A stretch of 64,000 nucleotides of DNA from Candidatus Spongiisociaceae bacterium (GTDB lineage Bacteria > Actinomycetota > Acidimicrobiia > Spongiisociales > Spongiisociaceae), in the NCBI GenBank assembly GCA_965202665.1, contig OZ241841.1, forward strand, positions 1,600,001-1,664,000. Direction: 5' to 3'. Made by a program: the position numbers and the translations under genes. Below the pieces are notes generated by a model. It worked only from the letters and a program-made list of their open reading frames with translations, ran no database searches and was not told the DNA's origin. Of the stretch, positions 9,620 through 18,806 are shown piece after piece. Position 1 is the first letter of the stretch; each line of letters starts with the position of its first letter.

Positions 9620-10873
9620 ATGAGTAAGGGTTTCAGGCTGGCGGTGGCCGCCTTGGCCCTGCTCGGGGCGGCCGCCTGCGGCGGGGAGTCTTTTCAGCCG
9701 GGGGAGTTGGGGGCGGTGCGGGTGGAGGCGGGCGATGACATCCAGATTCGCTCCATGCAGGCCATTTCCGGCGACTTCGCCGCCCTCGGCCTCACCAATC
9801 AGCGGGGGATGGAGTTGGGGGTGCGGGATTACGGCCCGATTATGGGCCGCTCCGTCAACATCGGCCCCGGCTTGGACAGCTTGTGCTCGCCGGACGGGGG
9901 GCAGGCGGCCGCCCAGCAGGTGGTGGCCGAACCGCAGGTAGCGGGGGTGATCGGCACTTCCTGTTCCAGCGCCGCCACCGCCGCCTCGCCCCTCATTTCG
10001 GCGGCCGGGCTGGTGATGATCGCCTCCTCCAACACTTCGCCCGCCCTCACTTCGGATCTGGCGGGCTCTCCCGGTTCGGCTTGGAACAAGGGCTACTATC
10101 GGACTTCCCACAACGACCTGCACCAGGGCCGGGCGGTGGCCGACTTCGTCAAAAACCAGCTGGGTTTGACGACGGCGGCGGTCATCCACGACGGCGACAC
10201 CTACACCCAGGGGCTGGCTTCGGCTTTCGCCGACTCTTTCACCGCTTTGGGGGGCGAAGTGACGATTAAGACCGGCATCAACAAGGGCGACGCCGATATG
10301 ACCCCGGTGCTGACCGAAGTGGCCGCCACCCGTCCGCAGGCCCTGTTCATTCCCATTTTTCCGCCGGAGGGCGGGTTCATAGCCCAGCAGATGGGGGGCG
10401 TAGCCGGTTTGGAAGAAACGGTTCTCATCGGGTCGGCGGCCCTGTTGGTGGACAACCACATGGAAATTCCGGAGACGGAGGGAATGTACCTGGCCGGCCC
10501 GGACCTGCGTTTCGAGGCCAACCGCAATCAGGTGACCGGCCGGACCGCCGTGGGTTTGCTGGAGGCCTACCAGGCTGAATTCGGCGAGCCGCCCCCCGGC
10601 CCCTACTGGGCTCATTCCTACGACGCCGCGGTGATGTTGCTGTCCGCCATCGAGTCGGCGGCGGTGGAAAGGGACGGATCGTTGTGGATCGACCGGGCGG
10701 CGGTGCGGGATGCTTTGGACGCCGCCGATTTTGAAGGCGTGACGGGCCGCGTCTCCTGCGATGAGTTCGGGGACTGCGGGGTGGGCACGATCGCCGTCAT
10801 CCTCCACTCCGACTCCGCCGATTTGGAGGCCAGTCGCAACAACGTGGTGTTCTCCTACGCCCCGGAGCGCTAA
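9620..10873 (+). CDS. Branched-chain amino acid-type ABC transporter substrate-binding lipoprotein (paralog 2)
   Basis: Lipobox AAAC, GVIGTSCSSAA, SNTSPALT, CDEFGDC; start moved to the ATG at 9620. Confidence 0.88.
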   Translation: MSKGFRLAVAALALLGAAACGGESFQPGELGAVRVEAGDDIQIRSMQAISGDFAALGLTNQRGMELGVRDYGPIMGRSVNIGPGLDSLCSPDGGQAAAQQVVAEPQVAGVIGTSCSSAATAASPLISAAGLVMIASSNTSPALTSDLAGSPGSAWNKGYYRTSHNDLHQGRAVADFVKNQLGLTTAAVIHDGDTYTQGLASAFADSFTALGGEVTIKTGINKGDADMTPVLTEVAATRPQALFIPIFPPEGGFIAQQMGGVAGLEETVLIGSAALLVDNHMEIPETEGMYLAGPDLRFEANRNQVTGRTAVGLLEAYQAEFGEPPPGPYWAHSYDAAVMLLSAIESAAVERDGSLWIDRAAVRDALDAADFEGVTGRVSCDEFGDCGVGTIAVILHSDSADLEASRNNVVFSYAPER

Positions 10874-10922
10874 CCGGGCGGGGAGGCGGGCGGCGGGCCG
10901 GGGGGCGGGCGATAATGGGGCT

Positions 10923-11264
10923 ATGGGCAGGAGAAAGAAAGAACCCGAAATTTCGTTTCCGCGTTTCCAAGTGTTCGCCTTCGGGAGCGAGGTGGAACTT
11001 TTGGAGGCCTTCGGCAGTTTGGAGCGGGCGGAGGCCGAATGGCGGGCGGTGCGGGACCGGTTTTTGGAAGGGTGGAACTTGTGGGGGATGCCCGCCGCCT
11101 GGTGGCGCTTCGAGCCGGGGGTGCCCGATGATATCCGCTCCGGCCCGCACGCCATCATCACCGCCCGGGACATGGCGGAATGGGAGCGGATCGAAGCCGC
11201 CCGGCGCCGCTTCCTGGCCGAACGGGGATTGGACGCCGCCCTGCCCCCTTCCCCCTCGGAGTAG
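10923..11264 (+). CDS. Hypothetical protein
   Basis: MGRRKKEPEISFPRFQ...; protein-like composition; ends before a hairpin. Confidence 0.6.
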   Translation: MGRRKKEPEISFPRFQVFAFGSEVELLEAFGSLERAEAEWRAVRDRFLEGWNLWGMPAAWWRFEPGVPDDIRSGPHAIITARDMAEWERIEAARRRFLAERGLDAALPPSPSE

Positions 11265-11281
11265 GCCCGCCCCCGGATAAA

Positions 11282-11311
11282 CCAGAGCCCCCGCGGGCGC
11301 GGGGGCTCTGG
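11282..11311. terminator. GC-rich hairpin between convergent genes
   Basis: CCAGAGCCCCCGCG / CGCGGGGGCTCTGG inverted repeat. Confidence 0.65.
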
Positions 11312-11330
11312 CGGGCGGAGGGAGGAGAAG

Positions 11331-12302
11331 TTAGTTGGACATGTCGCTCCCCCTTTCGGCCTGTTCCATCCGGTTTATCAGGTTGGCGATGTCATCGGCT
11401 TGGGTTTGGGTGATGACTCCGTCGGCTACGGCTGCGGTGAGCAGGTCGGCCGGGTCGTCGTAGTCGTCCAGGTCGGGGCCCTGGGTTTTCATCCAGGTGA
11501 CGATGGCCGGAATCTGCTCCCGGTCGATCACCCCTTCCGAGGCCAAATCTTCCAGCAGGACGTTCAAAACGTCCTCTTCGGTCGGGCACTCGTCCGCCTC
11601 GTCCATCTGCTTCATCTGTTCGATGAGGGCGGTGATGTCGTCGGCTTGGGTTTGGGTGATGACTCCGTCGGTTACGGCTGCGGTGAGCAGGTCGGCCGGG
11701 TTGTCGTAGTCTTTCAGGTCGGGGCCCTGGGTTTTCATCCAGCTGATGATGGCCGGGATTTGGTCCTGGTTGATTACGCCTTCGGCGGCCAGCTCGGCGA
11801 GCATCCCGTTGACTTCATCCTCCTCGGAGCCGTGTTCTTCGCCTTCCATCTCTTTCCATTGGTTGATCAGGTTGGTGATGTCGTCGGCTTGGGTTTGGGT
11901 GATGACTCCGTCGGTTACGGCTGCGGTGAGCAGGTCGGCCGGGTTGTCGTAGTCTTTCAGGTCGGGGCCCTGGGTTTTCATCCAGCTGATGATGGCCGGG
12001 ATTTGGTCCTGGTTGATTACGCCTTCGGCGGCCAGCTCGGCGAGCAACAGCTCTTCGCCGTCCTCCGGTTCGCACCATCCGTCCTCGTCCTCATCATCGA
12101 CGGCTCCGGCGTCTTCGGGCGTCCCTTCGTCCCCGTCCTCCGAGGCGTCCCCATCCGGGGCGGTCCCCGGGACGGCGGGCTGCTCGGCGGCCGCCGCGGT
12201 CTGCGGAGGGGCCTCCGAGCCGCCGTCTTGGGCGACGGCCACCACCGCCAGGAGGGCGATGGCGGTCAGCAGGCCGACCACCATGGTCAGTATCTTTTTC
12301 AT
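11331..12302 (-). CDS. Secreted acidic protein with three tandem ~80-aa repeats
   Basis: Signal peptide MKKILTMVVGLL...AVA; repeat LAAEGVINQDQIPAIISWMKTQGPDLKDYDNPADLLTAAVTDGVITQTQADDI present three times. Confidence 0.8.
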   Translation of the reverse strand: MKKILTMVVGLLTAIALLAVVAVAQDGGSEAPPQTAAAAEQPAVPGTAPDGDASEDGDEGTPEDAGAVDDEDEDGWCEPEDGEELLLAELAAEGVINQDQIPAIISWMKTQGPDLKDYDNPADLLTAAVTDGVITQTQADDITNLINQWKEMEGEEHGSEEDEVNGMLAELAAEGVINQDQIPAIISWMKTQGPDLKDYDNPADLLTAAVTDGVITQTQADDITALIEQMKQMDEADECPTEEDVLNVLLEDLASEGVIDREQIPAIVTWMKTQGPDLDDYDDPADLLTAAVADGVITQTQADDIANLINRMEQAERGSDMSN

Positions 12303-12498
12303 GGTCTTTCCTTTCCTGTCGGATGCGACCCGGTTTTCGGATCGCACGATCTGTTTGATCGTGCGCCCAGCATCCGCCCCCCACATTGGAAAAACCTGAA
12401 AACGGATTAAACAACAGATGAGAAAAAAAGGGGGGCTTCGGGCGGCGCGATCCGGCTGGGCGAACGGGCTAATCGGAAGAAGCGTCTATAATGGGGGG

Positions 12499-13341
12499 AT
12501 GTTTAGAAACTCCATCGCTTTGGCCAAGTCGTCCTGGCAGGTTCTGAAAGCCGACAAGGAACTGATGCTGTTGCCGGTTATTTCCGGTTTGGCTTCTTTG
12601 GCGGTTATGGCCCTGTTCATCGTTCCCCTGTTCGTCACCTCGTTGCCCAATGACGGGCTGAGCGCGGTCGGCTACGTTCTGCTGTTCGCGATGTATTTCG
12701 TGCTGGCCTACATCACCATTTTTTTCAACGCCGCCCTGATCAGCGCCGCCCACGAACGGCTGGAAGGCGGCGACCCGACGGTGGGCAGCGCCCTGCGGGG
12801 GGCGGCCCGGCGGGCGGGCAAGATCCTGCCTTGGGCTTTGGTGACCGCCACCGTGTCCATTATTCTGCGCGCCATTGAGGAACGGGTGGGCTTCATCGGC
12901 CAGATAGTTGTTTCCATAATCGGCTTGGCGTGGGCGGTGGTGACTTTCCTGGTGTTGCCCGCCATCGTAATTGAGGGCGTGGGGGTGAGGGACGCTTTCC
13001 GCAAGTCCACCGGCCTGTTGCGCAACACATGGGGGGAGAACCTGGCGGGCCAGGCCGGGTTGGGCCTGCTCGGTTTCCTGCTGATTCTGCCCGGGGTGGC
13101 GGTGGGCGTGCTGGCCGCGCTGGCCGGAGGCGTAGTGATGGTGGCGGGCATAGCGGCAGCGGGCGTCTGGATGGCGTTGGTGGCGGTGACGATGGCCGCC
13201 CTGTCCGGCATCTACCAAACCGCCCTCTACCACTACGCGGTGGACGGCCAAGTCCCCTCCAATTACTTCGACAACAACGTAATGCAAGCCGCCTTCCGCC
13301 CCCGCCGGGGCCTAAGAGGCCCCTCCGGCATAGCCGGCTAA
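12499..13341 (+). CDS. Polytopic membrane protein (DUF6159-like)
   Basis: MFRNSIALAKSSWQVLKADKELMLLP, FFNAALI, TWGENL; multiple TM segments. Confidence 0.75.
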   Translation: MFRNSIALAKSSWQVLKADKELMLLPVISGLASLAVMALFIVPLFVTSLPNDGLSAVGYVLLFAMYFVLAYITIFFNAALISAAHERLEGGDPTVGSALRGAARRAGKILPWALVTATVSIILRAIEERVGFIGQIVVSIIGLAWAVVTFLVLPAIVIEGVGVRDAFRKSTGLLRNTWGENLAGQAGLGLLGFLLILPGVAVGVLAALAGGVVMVAGIAAAGVWMALVAVTMAALSGIYQTALYHYAVDGQVPSNYFDNNVMQAAFRPRRGLRGPSGIAG

Positions 13342-13360
13342 CCCCTTCCCGGCCCCAGTT

Positions 13361-13440
13361 CCTCGTTGAGCGCGTAGAACTGAAAACCCGCCGGTCGAAT
13401 ATGCGCCGCAATGAGGGAGGAGCGCTGGCACCCCTAGTTG
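13361..13440 (-). CRISPR. Detached degenerate trailer unit: repeat (13405-13440), 36-nt spacer, 8-nt repeat remnant (13361-13368)
   Basis: GCCGCAATGAGGGAGGAGCGCTGGCACCCCTAGTTG has 4 mismatches to the oldest repeat; CCTCGTTG lies exactly one unit (72 nt) away. Confidence 0.8.
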
Positions 13441-13666
13441 GAGGTTCCGCGGGTGGTCGGGTTGTAACATTTTCTGGTCGGATTTTGGCTGGGGGTGGTG
13501 GCGTGGCTGATGTCCGCCCGGCTACCGGGTGGAGCCATTCGGGAGCCTCATTACGGATGGAGAACACGATGACAGGTCACGTAACCGTCCTTGTGGTATC
13601 CCTGGACAGGTTAGATGTACTTGGCCAGGACGTTGGTGACGGTTGACACGGCCGGGGTTGCCCCCC

Positions 13667-13837
13667 TCACCCCTTCTCCGGAGGTGGAGGTGGAGGTTGC
13701 TCCTTGTCGGGACCCAAGTTCGGGGTGGGAACTTGGGTGGGCGTCTCCGTCTGCTTCATGCTCTCGTCGGGGCCGAGCGTCGGGCGGGGCACCTGGGTGG
13801 GCGTCTCAGTGAACTCTACTTTGATGTTGTCGTCCAT
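13667..13837 (-). CDS. Small 56-aa Pro/Thr-rich peptide with an internal 20-aa repeat
   Basis: SD AAGGAGGA then ACG-ATG; MDDNIKVEFTETPTQVPRPTLGPDESMKQTETPTQVPTPNLGPDKEQPPPPPPEKG*; not in the ORF track. Confidence 0.65.
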   Translation of the reverse strand: MDDNIKVEFTETPTQVPRPTLGPDESMKQTETPTQVPTPNLGPDKEQPPPPPPEKG

Positions 13838-13944
13838 CGTTCCTCCTTTGGTCGGTCGGCCGGGATTAGGCTAGCGCGGCCAGCAGGACACCCTTCGCCC
13901 CTCGTTGCGGGACAGGCGGGCGGAGCGGGAAAGGGCGAGGCGCT

Positions 13945-16900
13945 GCCGCAATGAGGGAGGGGCGCCGGCGCCCCTCGTTGGGATGTTCCCGCATCCCGGC
14001 TACCCGATAGCCGACCGCCGCAATGAGGGAGGGGCGCCGGCGCCCCTCGTTGGGTGGCCGTTACCCCCAGGGTATACGACCATCTAGACGCCGCAATGAG
14101 GGAGGGGCGCCGGCGCCCCTCGTTGGGCGCGGCGGTGCCCGCACCCGTCGCACCGCTCCCAGCCGCAATGAGGGAGGGGCGCCGGCGCCCCTCGTTGCTA
14201 CAGGGGCATTATGTATGAGGCCTTTGTAGTCAAGCCGCAATGAGGGAGGGGCGCCGGCGCCCCTCGTTGTGGTCTGTCAGGTAAGGAACTTCAGGCCTGG
14301 TGGCTGCCGCAATGAGGGAGGGGCGCCGGCGCCCCTCGTTGGGAACGCTGTTTCTTCCGCCCCCGCGGACGACCAGGCCGCAATGAGGGAGGGGCGCCGG
14401 CGCCCCTCGTTGCGTTGCGGGCCCGGCGGCCAACGGCGGCGGAACCGGCGCCGCAATGAGGGAGGGGCGCCGGCGCCCCTCGTTGCACCCGCATAAAAAA
14501 CGCCATCACCGACGGCATATTCACCGCAATGAGGGAGGGGCGCCGGCGCCCCTCGTTGATACTTTGAAAGGGGGACTTCCAGGTCGTTGCCCTCCAGACC
14601 GCAATGAGGGAGGGGCGCCGGCGCCCCTCGTTGCAGCACCAGCGGGCTCACCGTCGCGTCCACGGGCTGACCGCAATGAGGGAGGGGCGCCGGCGCCCCT
14701 CGTTGTTTGCGGACGGCGACCGCTACTACGGCGCTACCGGACACCGCAATGAGGGAGGGGCGCCGGCGCCCCTCGTTGGCGCAGGCCGTGTTTGCTTTGA
14801 AAGGACAGACTATGACCGCAATGAGGGAGGGGCGCCGGCGCCCCTCGTTGTTGTGTGGTGGCCGGAGTGCTGGCCGCCTTCTTCGGACCGCAATGAGGGA
14901 GGGGCGCCGGCGCCCCTCGTTGGGCCAGGCCGTTCTCGTTGATGAACTGCCAGTTCAAACCGCAATGAGGGAGGGGCGCCGGCGCCCCTCGTTGTCCCCT
15001 TCGGACAAACAAACCTAGACCCCGAATACATACCGCAATGAGGGAGGGGCGCCGGCGCCCCTCGTTGGGCGCTCCGTCCCCTCCAGTCCTCGTCGGCGTC
15101 GAGCACCGCAATGAGGGAGGGGCGCCGGCGCCCCTCGTTGGTGAATGTGGTGCCTCCACCTGCCAGCCACTGCCTACCGCAATGAGGGAGGGGCGCCGGC
15201 GCCCCTCGTTGGGACGGACAGCGGACATCATCCTTGAAACCGAATGCACCGCAATGAGGGAGGGGCGCCGGCGCCCCTCGTTGCGACTTCAGGGTTCGGT
15301 TCTCCCATCGCGGTCAAACCACCGCAATGAGGGAGGGGCGCCGGCGCCCCTCGTTGGACGGGAACTCTCGTAGGACATTCCTTTCAGGAACCCACCGCAA
15401 TGAGGGAGGGGCGCCGGCGCCCCTCGTTGCCAGGACGAAGACGGAGACGGGGAAACCCCCACTCCGGACCGCAATGAGGGAGGGGCGCCGGCGCCCCTCG
15501 TTGCTATGCCGTTTGCTTCCCAGCCTGCCGTCGACAGCACCGCAATGAGGGAGGGGCGCCAGCGCCCCTCGTTGGCGGCCAGCCTCCGCTATCGCCAACA
15601 CGCACTACCACCGCAATGAGGGAGGGGCGCCAGCGCCCCTCGTTGCTCGCCGCCCCGATGCTGGTCAAACGGCGCCTTGCCACCGCAATGAGGGAGGGGC
15701 GCCAGCGCCCCTCGTTGCGGAGGACGGCCGTTCTTTGTCCGTCCGCCGGGACGACCGCAATGAGGGAGGGGCGCCAGCGCCCCTCGTTGGAGCAGACTGG
15801 CCTGCTGGTCTGGTGCCTGTCAGCAGACCGCAATGAGGGAGGGGCGCCAGCGCCCCTCGTTGTGAAAAAACATCAGCAATGACCGCCTTGTTCGACGGGA
15901 CCGCAATGAGGGAGGGGCGCCAGCGCCCCTCGTTGCCCGCAGTCGGCTTCCGGAGTGTTGGCGTAGAACGCACCGCAATGAGGGAGGGGCGCCAGCGCCC
16001 CTCGTTGAAAGAGGCCGCCAGGTTGCCCGTGTTTGCCGTGGTGACCGCAATGAGGGAGGGGCGCCAGCGCCCCTCGTTGGCCCGCCTCCGAACATACGGG
16101 CGGTGCGACCGCGCGCACCGCAATGAGGGAGGGGCGCCAGCGCCCCTCGTTGCGCTACGAGGACAGCCGGGGACGGCGGGGAGCACCCGACCGCAATGAG
16201 GGAGGGGCGCCAGCGCCCCTCGTTGGGGGGTGAGGGTGCCGACCATCGGCGACTCGGCGGAACCGCAATGAGGGAGGGGCGCCAGCGCCCCTCGTTGCGC
16301 TCCGGCCACCGCAGTCCCGCCGCCGTATGAGGGAACCGCAATGAGGGAGGGGCGCCAGCGCCCCTCGTTGGAACAAGGCCGGAGAACGATCCGCCACCGT
16401 ACAGCAAACCGCAATGAGGGAGGGGCGCCAGCGCCCCTCGTTGGGCGGTACCGCAGGGCACCTTCGCGTTACGAACCGAAACCGCAATGAGGGAGGGGCG
16501 CCAGCGCCCCTCGTTGGGGCTGATGCGAGGAGCCGCCCGCCTATGGAAATGCACCGCAATGAGGGAGGGGCGCCAGCGCCCCTCGTTGCCCTCTACCAGA
16601 TCCGCCGCCAAAACCTCCAAGACACCGCAATGAGGGAGGGGCGCCAGCGCCCCTCGTTGTCGCCAACCCCGAGGAAGAACGAGACGAACGATTCCACCGC
16701 AATGAGGGAGGGGCGCCAGCGCCCCTCGTTGCGCATATCGGATGCGACGACGATGCGGCCCATGCTCACCGCAATGAGGGAGGGGCGCCAGCGCCCCTCG
16801 TTGCCCCGACCTGATCGTATTGTCGCTGGGCGGCGGTGTTACCGCAATGAGGGAGGGGCGCCAGCGCCCCTCGTTGAGGCTGCCCGGCGGGTGGCGCACC

Positions 16901-18334
16901 AGCGTGGACAAACCGCAATGAGGGAGGGGCGCCAGCGCCCCTCGTTGCAGCGGAAGGGACGGTGAGGCTCCGGAAACTGACGTAACCGCAATGAGGGAGG
17001 GGCGCCAGCGCCCCTCGTTGACCCACCCCCAACGCCGAAAGCATAACCCCCCAATAGACCGCAATGAGGGAGGGGCGCCAGCGCCCCTCGTTGGACGCTT
17101 TCGGGTTGTATTTCCCTGCTGGCATAGTGACCGCAATGAGGGAGGGGCGCCAGCGCCCCTCGTTGGCAGGTTCTTAAAGCCTGTCTGACCATCACAATAG
17201 CACCGCAATGAGGGAGGGGCGCCAGCGCCCCTCGTTGTGGCATCTTGTTTATCACTGGCCAACTGCCAGCAGGACCGCAATGAGGGAGGGGCGCCAGCGC
17301 CCCTCGTTGTTCAATGTCAGCACCTTAGGAGGCACAGCCTTAGAAGACCGCAATGAGGGAGGGGCGCCAGCGCCCCTCGTTGGTTCATTATTATTATTTC
17401 TCCGTGTAAGTAATACCGACCGCAATGAGGGAGGGGCGCCAGCGCCCCTCGTTGTTACCTGAGTGCTGTGGCGGCTGGTAATGGAATGCTACCGCAATGA
17501 GGGAGGGGCGCCAGCGCCCCTCGTTGCGGGCACGCTTACGGAAAGAGCATCCGGGACTCGGTACCGCAATGAGGGAGGGGCGCCAGCGCCCCTCGTTGTA
17601 TAAGGACAGGTGGGCGGGTTATGGCTGGATACTTTACCGCAATGAGGGAGGGGCGCCAGCGCCCCTCGTTGGGGTGGTGCCTAGGTTGGACGGAGCCGGG
17701 AGGATTGTACCGCAATGAGGGAGGGGCGCCAGCGCCCCTCGTTGATGGACAGAAGGCCAAGCCACTACTGCTGAAGACCTACCGCAATGAGGGAGGGGCG
17801 CCAGCGCCCCTCGTTGACCCCGGCCAGCCAGCTTACCGCCAAACCATACCAAACCGCAATGAGGGAGGGGCGCCAGCGCCCCTCGTTGCCGGTCGCTGGT
17901 CGGGGGGCGGATACGGATACTTTCACCGCAATGAGGGAGGGGCGCCAGCGCCCCTCGTTGTACGGGCCCCTCGATGGTGAAACTATCGGGGAATGGACCG
18001 CAATGAGGGAGGGGCGCCAGCGCCCCTCGTTGCGGGGGGGACGCCCAACAGAACGCTGAGGACTACGGACCGCAATGAGGGAGGGGCGCCAGCGCCCCTC
18101 GTTGGGAAACCCCCAAATCCGTTCCCGATGAGGCCGCTAAACCGCAATGAGGGAGGGGCGCCAGCGCCCCTCGTTGTCCGCAAAAGTCAGGGTGGTCAAA
18201 GGGATGGCGGTACCGCAATGAGGGAGGGGCGCCAGCGCCCCTCGTTGGCCGGACGCTGGCCGGTGCCGTAACACCGCGCCGTTAAGTCCGTCCAAGTCAC
18301 CGCAATGAGGGAGGGGCGCCAGCGCCCCTCGTTG
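13945..18334 (-). CRISPR. Type I-G CRISPR array, 61 repeats / 60 spacers (manual count)
   Basis: 36-nt repeat CAACGAGGGGCGCTGGCGCCCCTCCCTCATTGCGGT (minus strand) with 9-bp palindromic arms; spacers mostly 35-39 nt; leader next to cas2; degenerate units at the far end. Confidence 0.99.
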
Positions 18335-18504
18335 AGCTCGCATTATAACCTGGCTTTTACCTGGGGGTTTGCAGGGGGTTGCGAGTGGCGCGTAAGCACA
18401 TACGCGTGATTTTGAGGGGACTTTACTTGTCAAAGAGCCGCGACTCTTGTCTTGTATGGGGACGAGTGCTGGCCGGGTTTGTTGACCTGACCTTACCACT
18501 CGCA
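18335..18504 (-). promoter_or_regulatory. CRISPR leader with -10 box
   Basis: Minus strand GGTTATAATGCGAGCT directly precedes the first repeat (TATAAT at 18342-18347). Confidence 0.8.
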
Positions 18505-18804
18505 TCAGATAATAACAGGTCCGCTGGTTGGCAAAGGTTCGTTTTGGCCCATGAAACTGAAACACTTGCTTCCCCTTTCTTCGGGCGGTCCCAGGTCTAT
18601 TATGGCGATCGAATCTGATCCGTGATGGATGATACCGCTTAACTCGGTGCGCATCTCCGTCAACTCCATCACGTCCAAATCGCATATGAAGACGCTGTAC
18701 TGCATCGCCCATCCGAAGCCTTTCATTGTCCGGTGGACTTGGCGTAAACGTTTGTCATCCCGGATGTCGTAGGCCACTAAAAACCTTTGTCTGCCGTTTG
18801 CCAT
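18505..18804 (-). CDS. cas2: CRISPR-associated endonuclease Cas2
   Basis: FLVAYDIRDDKRL...QYSVFICDL; ATG at 18804. Confidence 0.96.
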   Translation of the reverse strand: MANGRQRFLVAYDIRDDKRLRQVHRTMKGFGWAMQYSVFICDLDVMELTEMRTELSGIIHHGSDSIAIIDLGPPEERGSKCFSFMGQNEPLPTSGPVII

Positions 18805-18806
18805 CG

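Noticed and set aside
13611-13649. 12-codon ORF VSTVTNVLAKYI downstream of the small peptide gene
   Set aside because: Too short, with no independent support.
13369-13895. CreTA-like pairing of the detached spacer with the small peptide gene's promoter
   Set aside because: No seed complementarity found on either strand by eye.
17599-17924. Two spacers sharing GGATACTTT
   Set aside because: Nine shared bases among 60 spacers is compatible with chance.
13905-18271. Many ORFs across the CRISPR array (MREGRRRPSL..., RNEGGAPAPLV...)
   Set aside because: Translations of repeat-spacer units, not genes.
13945-18334. Self-targeting spacers within the window
   Set aside because: None noticed, but an exhaustive search could not be done by eye.
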